Source of the DNA: a virus
Strand: one strand, 5' to 3'
Length of the DNA stretch: 64,000 nt
Virus record (IMG/VR): IMGVR_UViG_3300050120_000210
Span: 32,001-96,000 of that record
Below are positions 45,930-55,826 of the stretch, piece after piece (the first letter of the stretch is position 1; each line of letters opens with the position of its first letter). The notes below the pieces were generated by a model, which saw only the letters and a list, made by a program, of their open reading frames with translations, had not been told where the DNA came from and ran no database searches. Both the position numbers and the translations under genes were made by a program.

Positions 45930-48740
45930 TTATTCAATGGGGGTCGCGTCCCAATGGGCAACCGCATCCGCATCCCGCGCCGACAAATCGGGGTAGCGAG
46001 GGTCGCTCCCGACATCGGTCGTGATCCGCCGCGAGCGAGCGCACTTCGTGCCTTCGGCCGGAAGAACCAAGATCGACACTTCTTCGGCCAGAGCGATGAC
46101 CGCTTGGCTCGTGCGGAACACATCCTCCGCTTCGATCCCGTCGAACGCATCGAACAGGTCTTGCGGGAGATACACGATCACCTTCGCATCGAGCGCCGAG
46201 CCGATCTCCTTGGCCGCCCGCTTCTCTTCGAGAACCGGCGTGACCAACGACAGGACGTGGCGGACCTTCGTCCAGCGTTCGTTCTCGACCGCACACATGG
46301 GGGCTTGAGCGCCCATATGGGGAGTTGGACCGAATCGCCCAGCGAGCCCCGGCATTTGCATGTGGTCGCTCATTTCGGCCACGGTATAGGGCAGGATCGG
46401 CGCCAGCCATTGGGCCATAACCGACACGATATGGAACAACGTCGCGCGACAGGCCAGACGACGGACACTGTCCGATCTGTCACAATAAAGCGCGTCCTTG
46501 CGGATGTCGAAGTAGAACGCCGACAGATCATTCGTGCTGAAATCAAGCAGCAATTTGCAGACATCGTTGAACCGATATTCACGATATGCAGCTTCAATTT
46601 GCGGCGTCAATTCATGCAGCAAATAGAGCATGTATTTTTCGAGCGGAGGATACTCATAGAAGAGATCATCGCGGGTCTCGCCGGGGCCGTCACCAAATCC
46701 CTGCAAATTGCTCACGAGATAGCGCAGCGTGTTCCGCAGCCGCTTATACATGCTGGCCGTAGTCTTGAGGATTTCGTCACCGACGCGGGTATCCTGCGTG
46801 TAGTCGCCCAACGCGACCCACAGACGCAACACGTCAGTGCCGTATTTCTTAGCCTCGACAAGAGGATCAACGACGTTGCCCTCGCTCTTCGACATTTTCT
46901 TCCCCTTGTCGTCGAGGACGAAGCCATGGGTCAGAACTGAGCGGAACGGAAGCGCGTCCGCCATTGCAACGCCGACAAGCGCGGACGATCCGAACCAGCC
47001 ACGCGCCTGATCGGAGCCTTCGAGATAGAGATCGGCGGGTGGATTATCGTCGCCTGTCAACAGATGGCTGCACCCACTATCGAACCAGACATCGAGCACA
47101 TCCATGACCATCTCGAACTCGTGTTCGCGGCCCGCGTATTCCGTGTGCGCGAACCATTCCGCGATACTGAACTTCCACCAAGCATCACCGCCGTGAGCGG
47201 TGAAGGCGTTGTTGATCTTGGAGTTCAGTGCATCACTGAGCAACGGCTTACCCGTTTCCTTGTTCAGGAAAATCGCCATGGGCGTCCCCCAAACACGTTG
47301 GCGGCTAACCAACCAGTCAGGCCGGGACTCGACGGCCGCCCGCAAGCGATTGCCGCCGGACTCCGGCAGGAAGGTCACGTCTTCCAGTTCGCGCAGCGCA
47401 TTCACGCGGATGTCTTCAATGGCATCCATCGAAATGAACCACTGCGGCGTAGTGCGGTAGATCAGCGGCGCCTTGGAACGCCACGAATGCGGATAGTTGA
47501 TCGTCACTTTCTCGGACGAGAGCACGGTTTCGTTGACCGCCAAGAGCTTGATGATCTTCGCGTTCGTGAACTCGAAGATGTAGTCGCCCTTCGGCGTCTG
47601 CTCCAAGACTGACACTCCGGCCAATCCATGCACGTTCGATGTGTAGCGACCATCACCGCCCACGGTGGTTGGCACTTCTCCGAGGCGCGCTTCGTTCCAG
47701 CAAACAAAATCTTCGGGACCATGCTCTGGTGCAATGTGGACGAGGCCCGTCCCGGTGTCCGACGTGACGTGCTTGGCCGGGATCAGCGGCACGGAAAAAT
47801 GGAAACCACCGTCCTCGAACGCGCCACGAAGCGGATGCTCGCACGTCACTCCAACGGGGTTGAAATCTTCGACGAAGTCATATTCCGTCACCTTGATCGC
47901 GGCCATGGTTGCTTCAACCAGAGCTTTAGCCATGACGAGTTTATCGCCAACAGAAACGCTCTCGTTCGCGCTGGCAGTGACCTTGTAGGTGCCGTATTCG
48001 ATGGCAGGGTTGTAGGCCACAGCCCGGTTGGCAGGCAGTGTCCAAGGCGTCGTCGTCCAGATCACCACGCTGGTGTCTGCCAGACCTTCCAACCAGAATC
48101 GAACGTGCACCGAGGTTACACGAATATCGGCTTTCACCACTTCCGCTTCAGCAAGCGCCGTTTCTTCCACTACGCTCCACAGCACTGGCTTCACGCCGCG
48201 ATAGAGCATGTTGGACATCATCATCATGTGAAGCGTCTGAGAGATGGTCGCTTCGGATTTGAAGTCCATCGTCAAGTAGGGGTTGTTCCAGTCACCGACC
48301 ACACCGAGCGACTTGAACTGCGTGCGCTGAGCATCCACCCAGCCTTTCGCATAGTCGCGGCAAAGCTGGCGAAACTCCGGCGCCGTGTAGTCAGATTTGT
48401 TTTGCCCTGCGGCGAGCAGGTTCTTTTCAACTTGCCACTCGATGGGCAGTCCATGGCAATCCCAGCCCGGAATATACTCGACGTTCTGGCCAGCCGCCCA
48501 GCGCGAACGCACGACGAAATCCTTGAGGATTTTGTTGAGTGCGTGGCCCATGTGGATGTCACCGTTGGCGTAGGGCGGCCCGTCGTGCAGCACGAAGGTT
48601 GCCCGGCCCCGCCACCGGATGCTCATCTCGTCTTCGTAGTGACTCGCGAACCGAGCACGAATCCCCGCCTCGTCCTTAACCCCTTGAAGGGAAAAGTCCG
48701 TCTTCGGCAGGAAAAGTGTCTCTTTGTAATCGCGGGTCAT
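45930..48740 (-). CDS. ileS: Isoleucine--tRNA ligase (type 1)
   Basis: LHDGPPYANG.IHMGH, PGWDCHGLPIE, IWTTTPWTLP editing domain, DW..SRQR.WG, EGSDQ.RGWF, KMSKS. Confidence 0.97.
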   Translation of the reverse strand: MTRDYKETLFLPKTDFSLQGVKDEAGIRARFASHYEDEMSIRWRGRATFVLHDGPPYANGDIHMGHALNKILKDFVVRSRWAAGQNVEYIPGWDCHGLPIEWQVEKNLLAAGQNKSDYTAPEFRQLCRDYAKGWVDAQRTQFKSLGVVGDWNNPYLTMDFKSEATISQTLHMMMMSNMLYRGVKPVLWSVVEETALAEAEVVKADIRVTSVHVRFWLEGLADTSVVIWTTTPWTLPANRAVAYNPAIEYGTYKVTASANESVSVGDKLVMAKALVEATMAAIKVTEYDFVEDFNPVGVTCEHPLRGAFEDGGFHFSVPLIPAKHVTSDTGTGLVHIAPEHGPEDFVCWNEARLGEVPTTVGGDGRYTSNVHGLAGVSVLEQTPKGDYIFEFTNAKIIKLLAVNETVLSSEKVTINYPHSWRSKAPLIYRTTPQWFISMDAIEDIRVNALRELEDVTFLPESGGNRLRAAVESRPDWLVSRQRVWGTPMAIFLNKETGKPLLSDALNSKINNAFTAHGGDAWWKFSIAEWFAHTEYAGREHEFEMVMDVLDVWFDSGCSHLLTGDDNPPADLYLEGSDQARGWFGSSALVGVAMADALPFRSVLTHGFVLDDKGKKMSKSEGNVVDPLVEAKKYGTDVLRLWVALGDYTQDTRVGDEILKTTASMYKRLRNTLRYLVSNLQGFGDGPGETRDDLFYEYPPLEKYMLYLLHELTPQIEAAYREYRFNDVCKLLLDFSTNDLSAFYFDIRKDALYCDRSDSVRRLACRATLFHIVSVMAQWLAPILPYTVAEMSDHMQMPGLAGRFGPTPHMGAQAPMCAVENERWTKVRHVLSLVTPVLEEKRAAKEIGSALDAKVIVYLPQDLFDAFDGIEAEDVFRTSQAVIALAEEVSILVLPAEGTKCARSRRITTDVGSDPRYPDLSARDADAVAHWDATPIE

Positions 48741-48763
48741 TGGCACTCCAATATCAATCGGCA

Positions 48764-48792
48764 ATTATCGGTTTCGTTTACGAATTTGTCAA
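48764..48792 (-). promoter_or_regulatory. Sigma70-type promoter for ileS
   Basis: TTGACA-17nt-GATAAT. Confidence 0.75.
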
Positions 48793-49058
48793 CGAACCAA
48801 ACCGTGGCTTCGGAGCAATTTTGTCAGACGTTGCGAGTGGGTGTAGAACACCTCTTCGCGCATTGGGCGGGGCGCCACAGTTTCGTAAAGAGCCAGTCTG
48901 GCGCCATCGTTGCGATACATCTCCAAACCGGCAAGCGTCTTGCGATCCGAAGTGCAAACCAGCACGAGATAGTTTCGCACGAGAGCCGCAGATAGATCAT
49001 GCTCCATGGCGTAGACCATCGCGATCTTGTCGATGGTGAGCTTGTCCTCCGGGCTCAT
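48789..49058 (-). CDS. Small hypothetical protein
   Basis: Coupled ORF. Confidence 0.55.
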   Translation of the reverse strand: MSPEDKLTIDKIAMVYAMEHDLSAALVRNYLVLVCTSDRKTLAGLEMYRNDGARLALYETVAPRPMREEVFYTHSQRLTKLLRSHGLVR

Positions 49059-49384
49059 AGCGGCACCAAATCGTAGGGATGCGGCACTTCGCCGTTGAGG
49101 AAGGCGGCGGCGTCGCGCTGGCGATCCGTTGTGGCCTGCGCGCGCTCATTGGTGGACCAACCGTTGATGCCCACTGCCTGAATGAGGCCAGCGCGGAGTA
49201 GACGCATCAGCGACAAGCGGACGCGCTCATAGGCATCTTCGAACGGCATCCCTTGCTCTTCCAGCAGACGCACGTAGAAAATCTTGCCCACGCCTCCCGG
49301 CCGGTAGACATCGTTCATTTTTTCCATGAGGGCGTGAGTATCGGTCTTGGCGACGATCCACACGTCGAGTTCGTCGTCCGTCAT
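49055..49384 (-). CDS. Hypothetical protein
   Basis: ATGA-coupled ORF. Confidence 0.6.
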   Translation of the reverse strand: MTDDELDVWIVAKTDTHALMEKMNDVYRPGGVGKIFYVRLLEEQGMPFEDAYERVRLSLMRLLRAGLIQAVGINGWSTNERAQATTDRQRDAAAFLNGEVPHPYDLVPL

Positions 49385-49722
49385 GGCGTCAGCATCGACG
49401 GCGTGATCCCGAGCACCGGGAACGTGTTTTCGAACTGGACTACATCCGAGAAACGTTCCAGCAGGACGAAGTAATCGGCATCGCCGTGGTTATGCAGACG
49501 CACGGCGGGGTGATCCTTGTAGGGGAAGTCATTTCCCATGTGCCAACGACCCTGCGTGTTGTCGAACAGCCATTGGCTGACTTCCATTTGGAACATGCAG
49601 AAATCGAAACCCGGCTTATCGGAAGCCTCAAGACGGAAGCAATAGAACCCGTCGTCGAGACCGGCATAACCGATATCGAACTTTCCGGGGTGGTTCACGT
49701 CGTATGGGTTCGCTGTGCTCAT
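49381..49722 (-). CDS. Hypothetical protein, possible FK..F family relative
   Basis: WLFDN..GRW core; ..FSDVVQFENTF. Confidence 0.6.
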   Translation of the reverse strand: MSTANPYDVNHPGKFDIGYAGLDDGFYCFRLEASDKPGFDFCMFQMEVSQWLFDNTQGRWHMGNDFPYKDHPAVRLHNHGDADYFVLLERFSDVVQFENTFPVLGITPSMLTP

Positions 49723-49867
49723 GACCAAACTATGCCATGGAAATGGTTTTCGTCAACGAAAATGGTCATCTTTTCGGCGACCAGTGTTCGATATATGACA
49801 GTAACGTGAAGTTGTAAAAATGTGATCTGAGAATCAATAGCTCAGCTTAGAATTGCCATCAGGTTCG

Positions 49868-49875
49868 TATAAATA
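49868..49875 (+). promoter_or_regulatory. T4-type late promoter TATAAATA
   Basis: Exact TATAAATA in intergenic region. Confidence 0.65.
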
Positions 49876-49941
49876 TTCGCGGACCCCAATCCACGCCCGC
49901 CGATCTCGATTTCTCAACCAGTAAACCCTTTTGGGAGCCGT

Positions 49942-50856
49942 ATGCACCCGTCGCAGCTTCATGTAATCAGCGTCATTTCTAACCCGGTGCGGTATAAATC
50001 GCGCACCCGTCTATTTCAAGACTTCATGAACCGCAATCAGACTAGCGGTGCGACACATTGGTATATCGAGGCCGCGTTCGGAGATCGCCCGTTTGAGGTG
50101 ACCAACGCCCTCGATCCCCACCACATTCAGGTCCGCTGCGATCATGAAATCTGGATCAAAGAGAACATGGTCAACAAGGCCGTGTCCATGCTGCCGAAAG
50201 ATTGGGAATACGTCATGTGGATGGACGGCGACATCGAGTTCGTCCGGCCGAACTGGCAGATCGAAGTCCTCGAAGCCCTTCAGCACTATTCCGTTGTCCA
50301 ACCTTTCAGCCACGCGCTAGACATGGGTCCGAACTTTGAGGGCCTGACCGAGAAGCTCGCCACGAGCTTCGCCTACTGCCTGAACTCTGGAATGCAGTTC
50401 GACGCCAAGTACGGCCCGCACTGGCACCCCGGCTATACGTGGGCATGGCGCCGAGACGCATGGGATTCCGTGGGCGGCATGATCGACCTCGCTATCTGCG
50501 GTTCCGGCGATGACCACATGGCCAAGGGTCTGATCGGCAAAGCGGATCGTTCGCTGCCGAAAGGTCTGCATCCGAACTACACCCACATGGTCAAGCAGTG
50601 GGAAGAACGCGCCGTGCGTCACATCAAGCAGAACATCGGCCACGTTCCCGGCACGATCTTGCACCACTTCCACGGCTTCAAGAAAGATCGCAACTACTGG
50701 AACCGCTGGGATATCCTGAAGAACAACCAATACGACCCCTACACCGACGTGTGCAAGGATTCCCAAGGAATGCTGCAACTGGTGGACAACGGGAAATATG
50801 GCCTGCGAGATGGTCTGCGGAACTACTTCCGCGAGCGCAAAGAAGACCTGATCTAA
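49942..50856 (+). CDS. GT-A fold glycosyltransferase-like protein
   Basis: WIKEN..N, WMDGD (DxD), G..WA.RR....GG, GSGD, H..HG. Confidence 0.7.
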   Translation: MHPSQLHVISVISNPVRYKSRTRLFQDFMNRNQTSGATHWYIEAAFGDRPFEVTNALDPHHIQVRCDHEIWIKENMVNKAVSMLPKDWEYVMWMDGDIEFVRPNWQIEVLEALQHYSVVQPFSHALDMGPNFEGLTEKLATSFAYCLNSGMQFDAKYGPHWHPGYTWAWRRDAWDSVGGMIDLAICGSGDDHMAKGLIGKADRSLPKGLHPNYTHMVKQWEERAVRHIKQNIGHVPGTILHHFHGFKKDRNYWNRWDILKNNQYDPYTDVCKDSQGMLQLVDNGKYGLRDGLRNYFRERKEDLI

Positions 50857-51056
50857 ATCAGTGTCGGCGAAAAACCAAGAAAATGAGGCCCACCAGTGCG
50901 ACGAGCAGGGTGGGCTTCACTACATCTGGGGTATGTTCAGTCGTGAGGTGCTGAAACTCTGGGTGGTTCGACAGCGAGGGTTTGCTCTTGAGCATCCGAA
51001 GTTGATGGAGACGCTTGCGCGAAAACTTGGGTTTGATGATTTCGGTCATGCTACAC

Positions 51057-51260
51057 CTAGCCGTTGGGGCAACCTTCCGATGTCATGAGTGAACTCGCCA
51101 CATCGTCAAACGGGTAATGTTCGTCTTCATAAGCGCAGATCGCATCGGCGAGAGTGTTGAAGAAATCACTCTCGGGCGTGCCGAGCATCGGCTCGCGGCG
51201 GAAGAACCCTTCAACCAACTGCATAGCTACCTGATACTCTGCTTCGTCGAGGAGGATCAT
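51057..51260 (-). CDS. HigA antitoxin N-terminal-domain-like protein (no HTH)
   Basis: E.EY..A........GTPE.D....L...I.AYE.EHYP. Confidence 0.65.
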   Translation of the reverse strand: MILLDEAEYQVAMQLVEGFFRREPMLGTPESDFFNTLADAICAYEDEHYPFDDVASSLMTSEGCPNG

Positions 51261-52387
51261 TTGTAGTGACTATACCCTTTCACGACGCCGACCTTCATGC
51301 GGCTTTTTGGCACGATCACAAGCGGATCGTATTGCCCGATGAGTTGATCCGGCATGTCTTCCGGCGTCCACGCATCGTATTCCCATTTTGTGGTGTCCGA
51401 TCTGGGTGAGCCACGCATCTTGGTTCTCCCAAGCGCCTCCGTATCGAAGTTGCTATACCAGTAATCATGGTTTGCATCGTGATTCAATTTTTCCAGTTCG
51501 TCGGTGAAGGTCTTCACTTCTTCACGATTGGTGAATTGATGCTCTTCACGAGTAGCATCTTCTTCATCGTCCCACTTGTGGGATTTAGAGTAGGTGAGTT
51601 CGAACACGGCTGGCGTTCGAAATAGGATGACGCACGGGAACCGCTTGCCGCCTTCTTTGGCGACCATGGCGGCTCTATGGCGTCCTTCGTGACCCTCTAC
51701 TTGCCCGGTCGCGTGAGTCACGATCAGGAAAGGCATGTTATACATGTTCTTGTTGAAGGATGTATCCGTGCCTTGGTCATAGTCCCTCACCGAGAGAGCA
51801 AACTTGTCCTTGTAGATTTGTTGGACTTCGCTCTCCGGGGTCGTCAGTCGGATGAAGTCGTTGGGGTCCATGACCACGACTAGAGCGGCATATTCGCCAC
51901 GCATCCCGTTGACGACACCTTTACGTAGTGGCAGGCGGGCGTCTTCGTCCAATTCAGGTTCGCCCAGTGCCTTTCGACGCATCGCCTCATACTCTTCGCG
52001 ATCATCGTCATCCCAGTCTTGCTCGACGTAGCGAACCAGCACGCCGCCGCTGTGATGATCGTCTCTCATGAAGCCGAAACGTTCGTAGAAGATTTTGTTC
52101 CGGCCGGAAGACGGTAGGACATAGAGATTGAAGTCGGCCTCGTCTGCCTTCTGGCAAAGGTAGGTCATGAACTTCGTTCCGGCGCCGGTGCCCATATCGT
52201 GCTTGGCGTTCAGGTCCGTCATCTCTATTTCCGGGGCATGATAGGCCGGGTAGCGGAACCGGGCATCAATGCCGATTGACCGACCGTAGCGGGTGACATC
52301 GGCGATCATGTTGCGGGCGCGCTGTTCGGCTTCGTCTCGATCATCGAGCCGCCCTTCGATCACACGCATGATATCCCGCATATCCAT
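51257..52387 (-). CDS. Late protein: GNAT-like plus ParB-like domains, MR..E-type leader
   Basis: G.GAGT..M..L...AD...FYERFGF; GHEGRHRA; TAAATA at 52393-52398. Confidence 0.7.
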   Translation of the reverse strand: MDMRDIMRVIEGRLDDRDEAEQRARNMIADVTRYGRSIGIDARFRYPAYHAPEIEMTDLNAKHDMGTGAGTKFMTYLCQKADEADFNLYVLPSSGRNKIFYERFGFMRDDHHSGGVLVRYVEQDWDDDDREEYEAMRRKALGEPELDEDARLPLRKGVVNGMRGEYAALVVVMDPNDFIRLTTPESEVQQIYKDKFALSVRDYDQGTDTSFNKNMYNMPFLIVTHATGQVEGHEGRHRAAMVAKEGGKRFPCVILFRTPAVFELTYSKSHKWDDEEDATREEHQFTNREEVKTFTDELEKLNHDANHDYWYSNFDTEALGRTKMRGSPRSDTTKWEYDAWTPEDMPDQLIGQYDPLVIVPKSRMKVGVVKGYSHYK

Positions 52388-52513
52388 GCACTTATTTAGG
52401 GATTCCATATCTCGGGTTGCTCCCTCGCGCCAACCGTCCGGTTAGGATGCGAAAGAATTTGGTAAACGAAACTCGCCGGTGTTACGTTCTGGGGATTAAC
52501 TAAGGTATCTCGC

Positions 52514-52960
52514 ATGACGGCAGAAGTCATTGACGTGGATTTTTCGTCCACAAGAACCGATTCGGTTTCTGAATATTTGGCACGTATCCGCAAGCTGGAA
52601 GAACAGCTTGCGGCATCGTTGCTTGGTGCTCGTCTTCTTGAAGAACGAAATTCAAAGCTTGTTCTTGAAAACAAGACACTGAGTAATCTAGTGTCGAGTG
52701 TTCGTTTGTTGGTTTCACCCGAAACAACAGTGATTTCGAAGCAACCACGCAAATACAATAGAATACTTCCAACATCCAAGAATAGAAAATTGATTTCTTA
52801 CAAGAAATTCACGGATGCTGTTGTGGCCAAGTGGGAAATTGATCCTTCTAATATTAAACAAGTGGCAAAATATACTGGAATTACCTATGGCACAATTCGT
52901 CGCTGGCGGATTGCTGGGGAAGCACCAGAAATGGCAATTCAACTTATCGATGAGGCATAA
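52514..52960 (+). CDS. Coiled-coil plus HTH protein
   Basis: QVAKYTGITYGTIRRW...G.AP; AT-rich. Confidence 0.65.
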   Translation: MTAEVIDVDFSSTRTDSVSEYLARIRKLEEQLAASLLGARLLEERNSKLVLENKTLSNLVSSVRLLVSPETTVISKQPRKYNRILPTSKNRKLISYKKFTDAVVAKWEIDPSNIKQVAKYTGITYGTIRRWRIAGEAPEMAIQLIDEA

Positions 52961-52962
52961 TT

Positions 52963-54882
52963 ATGCAATTTACACAAAGCAGTGAACGAATCGGCGTTAA
53001 CGAACACAACGCATCCAGCTACGTTTCAGCCAAATTTTCGGCAATGGGCGTCGGTATGATCGGTCGCGAATCGACCAAAAACATCGACGAAGCTCCCAGC
53101 GCAGATTGGGAAACCACTCGACTGGCCTACATTGAGCCGGTCTTCGAAGTGGAAGGACACACCGCACCAAAGCTCGCCGTTTTCAATACGTGCGGTGTTG
53201 GCTTCGCGGGTGACGACCTCGCTGATTTGATGGAAGCCGGAGCTTCCACAAAGCTCCTGCAAGCACAGGGTGGCACGAACCACGGCGAGGGCCTGAAATA
53301 TGCCTCGTGCAAGTTCAACGAACTTGGCATTGTGGTGACCAGCCGCAAAGGCGACGTGATTACGCGAGTTAAGCTCTTCAAGGGCAGTGATGGTCTTTTC
53401 CATCGCGCCATGTATCTCGCGCCCGGCCTTCGGCAACGCTATCTGAATCTCGGGCCGGGCGATCTGAGCGCGGAAGATACCGTGCGATATGAACGCCCCG
53501 GTGATTTCTACGACGTGAAGTTCTTGGGCAACGCCACGGATCAGAACACGTTTGAGAATCCGTATGGTGTTGCGAACCCCGAACAGGATGTGATTCTCAA
53601 GGAAATCACCACACGATTTTCTATCATCGGATACATGTGCCCAAAGGCGCTGCGTCTGATTTATCGGGAACAAGATGGCACGGAAACTGTTGTTCGTTCC
53701 TTCTCGGATGCGGTGTGCGACCCCTCCATCAAGTTCGAGCCTACGAAAGACCCAGTGACGGGTATTGAAGTTGATTTCTACTACTACGACGACTCCAAAA
53801 CCAAAATCAATCCCTTCGAGAAGTTCTTTGGTCACCAAGGTTCGCGAATTGCGCTGGAATACCGTGGTGAACAATTTGATGTTCTTCAGGGCAAGGATTG
53901 GTCCAACAAATCCGGCCAATACGGATTCGGTGGAATGGGTCGTAATATCAGCATCATCATTCGTGTGCCGGGTTGCAGCGACAATGATGATCGCACGTCA
54001 TTGCTGGTCAACAGTGTTCCGGTCACTACCAAAGATTATATCAGCGAAATCCAATCTCTCATGCCGATTTGGATGGAAGATTTGATCCGCAACAATCGGC
54101 CAAAGGCCGAAAAGGATTTGCAGTCCGAATTCCAAAAGTTGCTTGATTCGCTGACGATGATTTCAGCCACCCAGTCTGCAACTGGTTCGGTGAGCGTTAC
54201 TCAGCAAGTTCAGGCGACCGTGACCAAGGGTCCGCCGCGCGGCCCAGTTATCAATCCCGGCGTCAGTCATCCCGGCGCCAAAACGCCCGGCGACGGAACC
54301 GGGACGGTCACTCAACCGAACGTCCTCGCCACTGTGACTATGAGCGGCCCGCAGTCCAAACAAGTCACAGCACCCGATGTGTCATGGGTTCTCAACCTGT
54401 CTGGTTTCATCGATCTTCAGGGTAAGGGTAGCATGTTCACCAAAGGGAGTGCCTACTATTACATGAACGAGAATTTCCCGGTCATCGACAATCTGATTAA
54501 TCAGGTTTTGGTGAATTACGCTGCGCGTAGCACCAAAGCCGTTATCGGAGACGACGAGATTTATGAAATCACTCGCAACGAAGTGAAGGTCCACTGCGCG
54601 CGAGTGGTCGGGCGCTACATCGCTCGAAATCTCGCCAAGGTGAGCAATTTGGCCTATTCCGAAACGGACATTTATCGCCACGGTCTGTCAATTACGGCTC
54701 TTACGACGGTTTTCGAAAGCTGTCTTGAAGATGCGGCCGACGTTTGGAATCGTTTGCGCGGCACAACCGCATGGACGCACCGCATCGCCAAACTTAACAG
54801 CGTCACCAAGAAAGCCCACGTATCACCGGAAGACATCGACAAGGTCGTCCCGTTCGATGCACCAACGGCCCTCACCGCCTAA
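52963..54882 (+). CDS. Divergent GHKL (Hsp90/MORC-like) ATPase-domain protein
   Basis: RE..KN..EA, N..GVGF, NHGEGLK spaced as in GHKL motifs I-III. Confidence 0.6.
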   Translation: MQFTQSSERIGVNEHNASSYVSAKFSAMGVGMIGRESTKNIDEAPSADWETTRLAYIEPVFEVEGHTAPKLAVFNTCGVGFAGDDLADLMEAGASTKLLQAQGGTNHGEGLKYASCKFNELGIVVTSRKGDVITRVKLFKGSDGLFHRAMYLAPGLRQRYLNLGPGDLSAEDTVRYERPGDFYDVKFLGNATDQNTFENPYGVANPEQDVILKEITTRFSIIGYMCPKALRLIYREQDGTETVVRSFSDAVCDPSIKFEPTKDPVTGIEVDFYYYDDSKTKINPFEKFFGHQGSRIALEYRGEQFDVLQGKDWSNKSGQYGFGGMGRNISIIIRVPGCSDNDDRTSLLVNSVPVTTKDYISEIQSLMPIWMEDLIRNNRPKAEKDLQSEFQKLLDSLTMISATQSATGSVSVTQQVQATVTKGPPRGPVINPGVSHPGAKTPGDGTGTVTQPNVLATVTMSGPQSKQVTAPDVSWVLNLSGFIDLQGKGSMFTKGSAYYYMNENFPVIDNLINQVLVNYAARSTKAVIGDDEIYEITRNEVKVHCARVVGRYIARNLAKVSNLAYSETDIYRHGLSITALTTVFESCLEDAADVWNRLRGTTAWTHRIAKLNSVTKKAHVSPEDIDKVVPFDAPTALTA

Positions 54883-54883
54883 T

Positions 54884-54912
54884 GAAAGGCCCCCGGATTT
54901 CGGGGGCCTTTC
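54884..54912 (+). terminator. Rho-independent terminator
   Basis: GAAAGGCCCCCG/CGGGGGCCTTTC perfect stem. Confidence 0.85.
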
Positions 54913-55027
54913 TCTTGGTCCATGTCACGCTCCCCGTCTATAGAGTGAGGGCTTGTTACCCACCGCCGTCTATGATGGTAGAGGGAGACTGTCTCGCCCT
55001 CGGACTAGATATCAGGAGGACGACATC

Positions 55028-55246
55028 ATGGGTTGGATCAGCAAGCGGTTCTCACAGAACCGAAGCAAGTGGGGCAAGACGATCTCGGAGGAAAAGCGCC
55101 GAGCGCCTCTCCGCAGGATCGTGCATGTCATTCGCGCTCGCGAAAGTTTGTTCGACAGCGATTGGGTCGAACTGGAATGCGGGCATCAGGTTCACGCATT
55201 CGGCGACATCCGCGCACGATGCGTGAAATGTCTCAGACAGCCTTGA
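55028..55246 (+). CDS. Small zinc-binding protein
   Basis: AGGAGG RBS; LECGH...RC..C. Confidence 0.65.
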   Translation: MGWISKRFSQNRSKWGKTISEEKRRAPLRRIVHVIRARESLFDSDWVELECGHQVHAFGDIRARCVKCLRQP

Positions 55247-55263
55247 AGAGAATCGTGAGCAAT

Positions 55264-55290
55264 AAAAAAGGCCGGGCGAACCCGGCCTTC
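55264..55290. terminator. Terminator between convergent genes
   Basis: AAGGCCGGG/CCCGGCCTT stem flanked by an A tract. Confidence 0.75.
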
Positions 55291-55310
55291 TCTATTTTCG
55301 GTCGAAGACC

Positions 55311-55745
55311 TTACTTCTTCTTCGAACCGGCGTCGTCTTGGCTCGGCGCCGCCGGACGTTCCGGGCGGTGACCAGCTTCGAGGATCGGCATGGCGCCCTC
55401 GGTCGGCACGTAGATGATCTGATCGTGCGACGTGGCGAGGTTGTTGATGTAGAGGTAACGGAGGTAGTCCTCGTTGCCCTTCAGGCCGTCGCCGATGATC
55501 TTGTTGGCGTCGCGGACACCTTCAGCCCGGCGGACTTCCGCCTTGGCTTCGTAGTCGGCGCTTTCATACTTCGCCTTCGCCGTCTGGACGGCGACTTGCT
55601 TGCTGGCTTCGGCCTTGGCCAACTCGGCTTGCCCTTCCATCTTGGAAGTGTAGACGTTGTAGGACGGGCAGCCATATAGACCGGTGCCGACGCAGGCCAG
55701 AACGACGAAGAGCACGATGGCTCCGAGCTTGATGATTTGGGACAA
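55311..55745 (-). CDS. Membrane protein, band-7/SPFH-like coiled coil
   Basis: N-terminal TM; G.AELA.AE; YLRYL...IYVPTE...PILEA. Confidence 0.7.
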   Translation of the reverse strand: MSQIIKLGAIVLFVVLACVGTGLYGCPSYNVYTSKMEGQAELAKAEASKQVAVQTAKAKYESADYEAKAEVRRAEGVRDANKIIGDGLKGNEDYLRYLYINNLATSHDQIIYVPTEGAMPILEAGHRPERPAAPSQDDAGSKKK

Positions 55746-55826
55746 AACGGGGTCTCCTTTGAGTTGAACTTAATTGGACCCTATCCTGAGTTTCAATCTG
55801 GTCAACGAAAATGCGCTAAATATCGG

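Noticed and set aside
50858-51088. Small overlapping ORFs on both strands
   Set aside because: Cannot decide which, if either, is real
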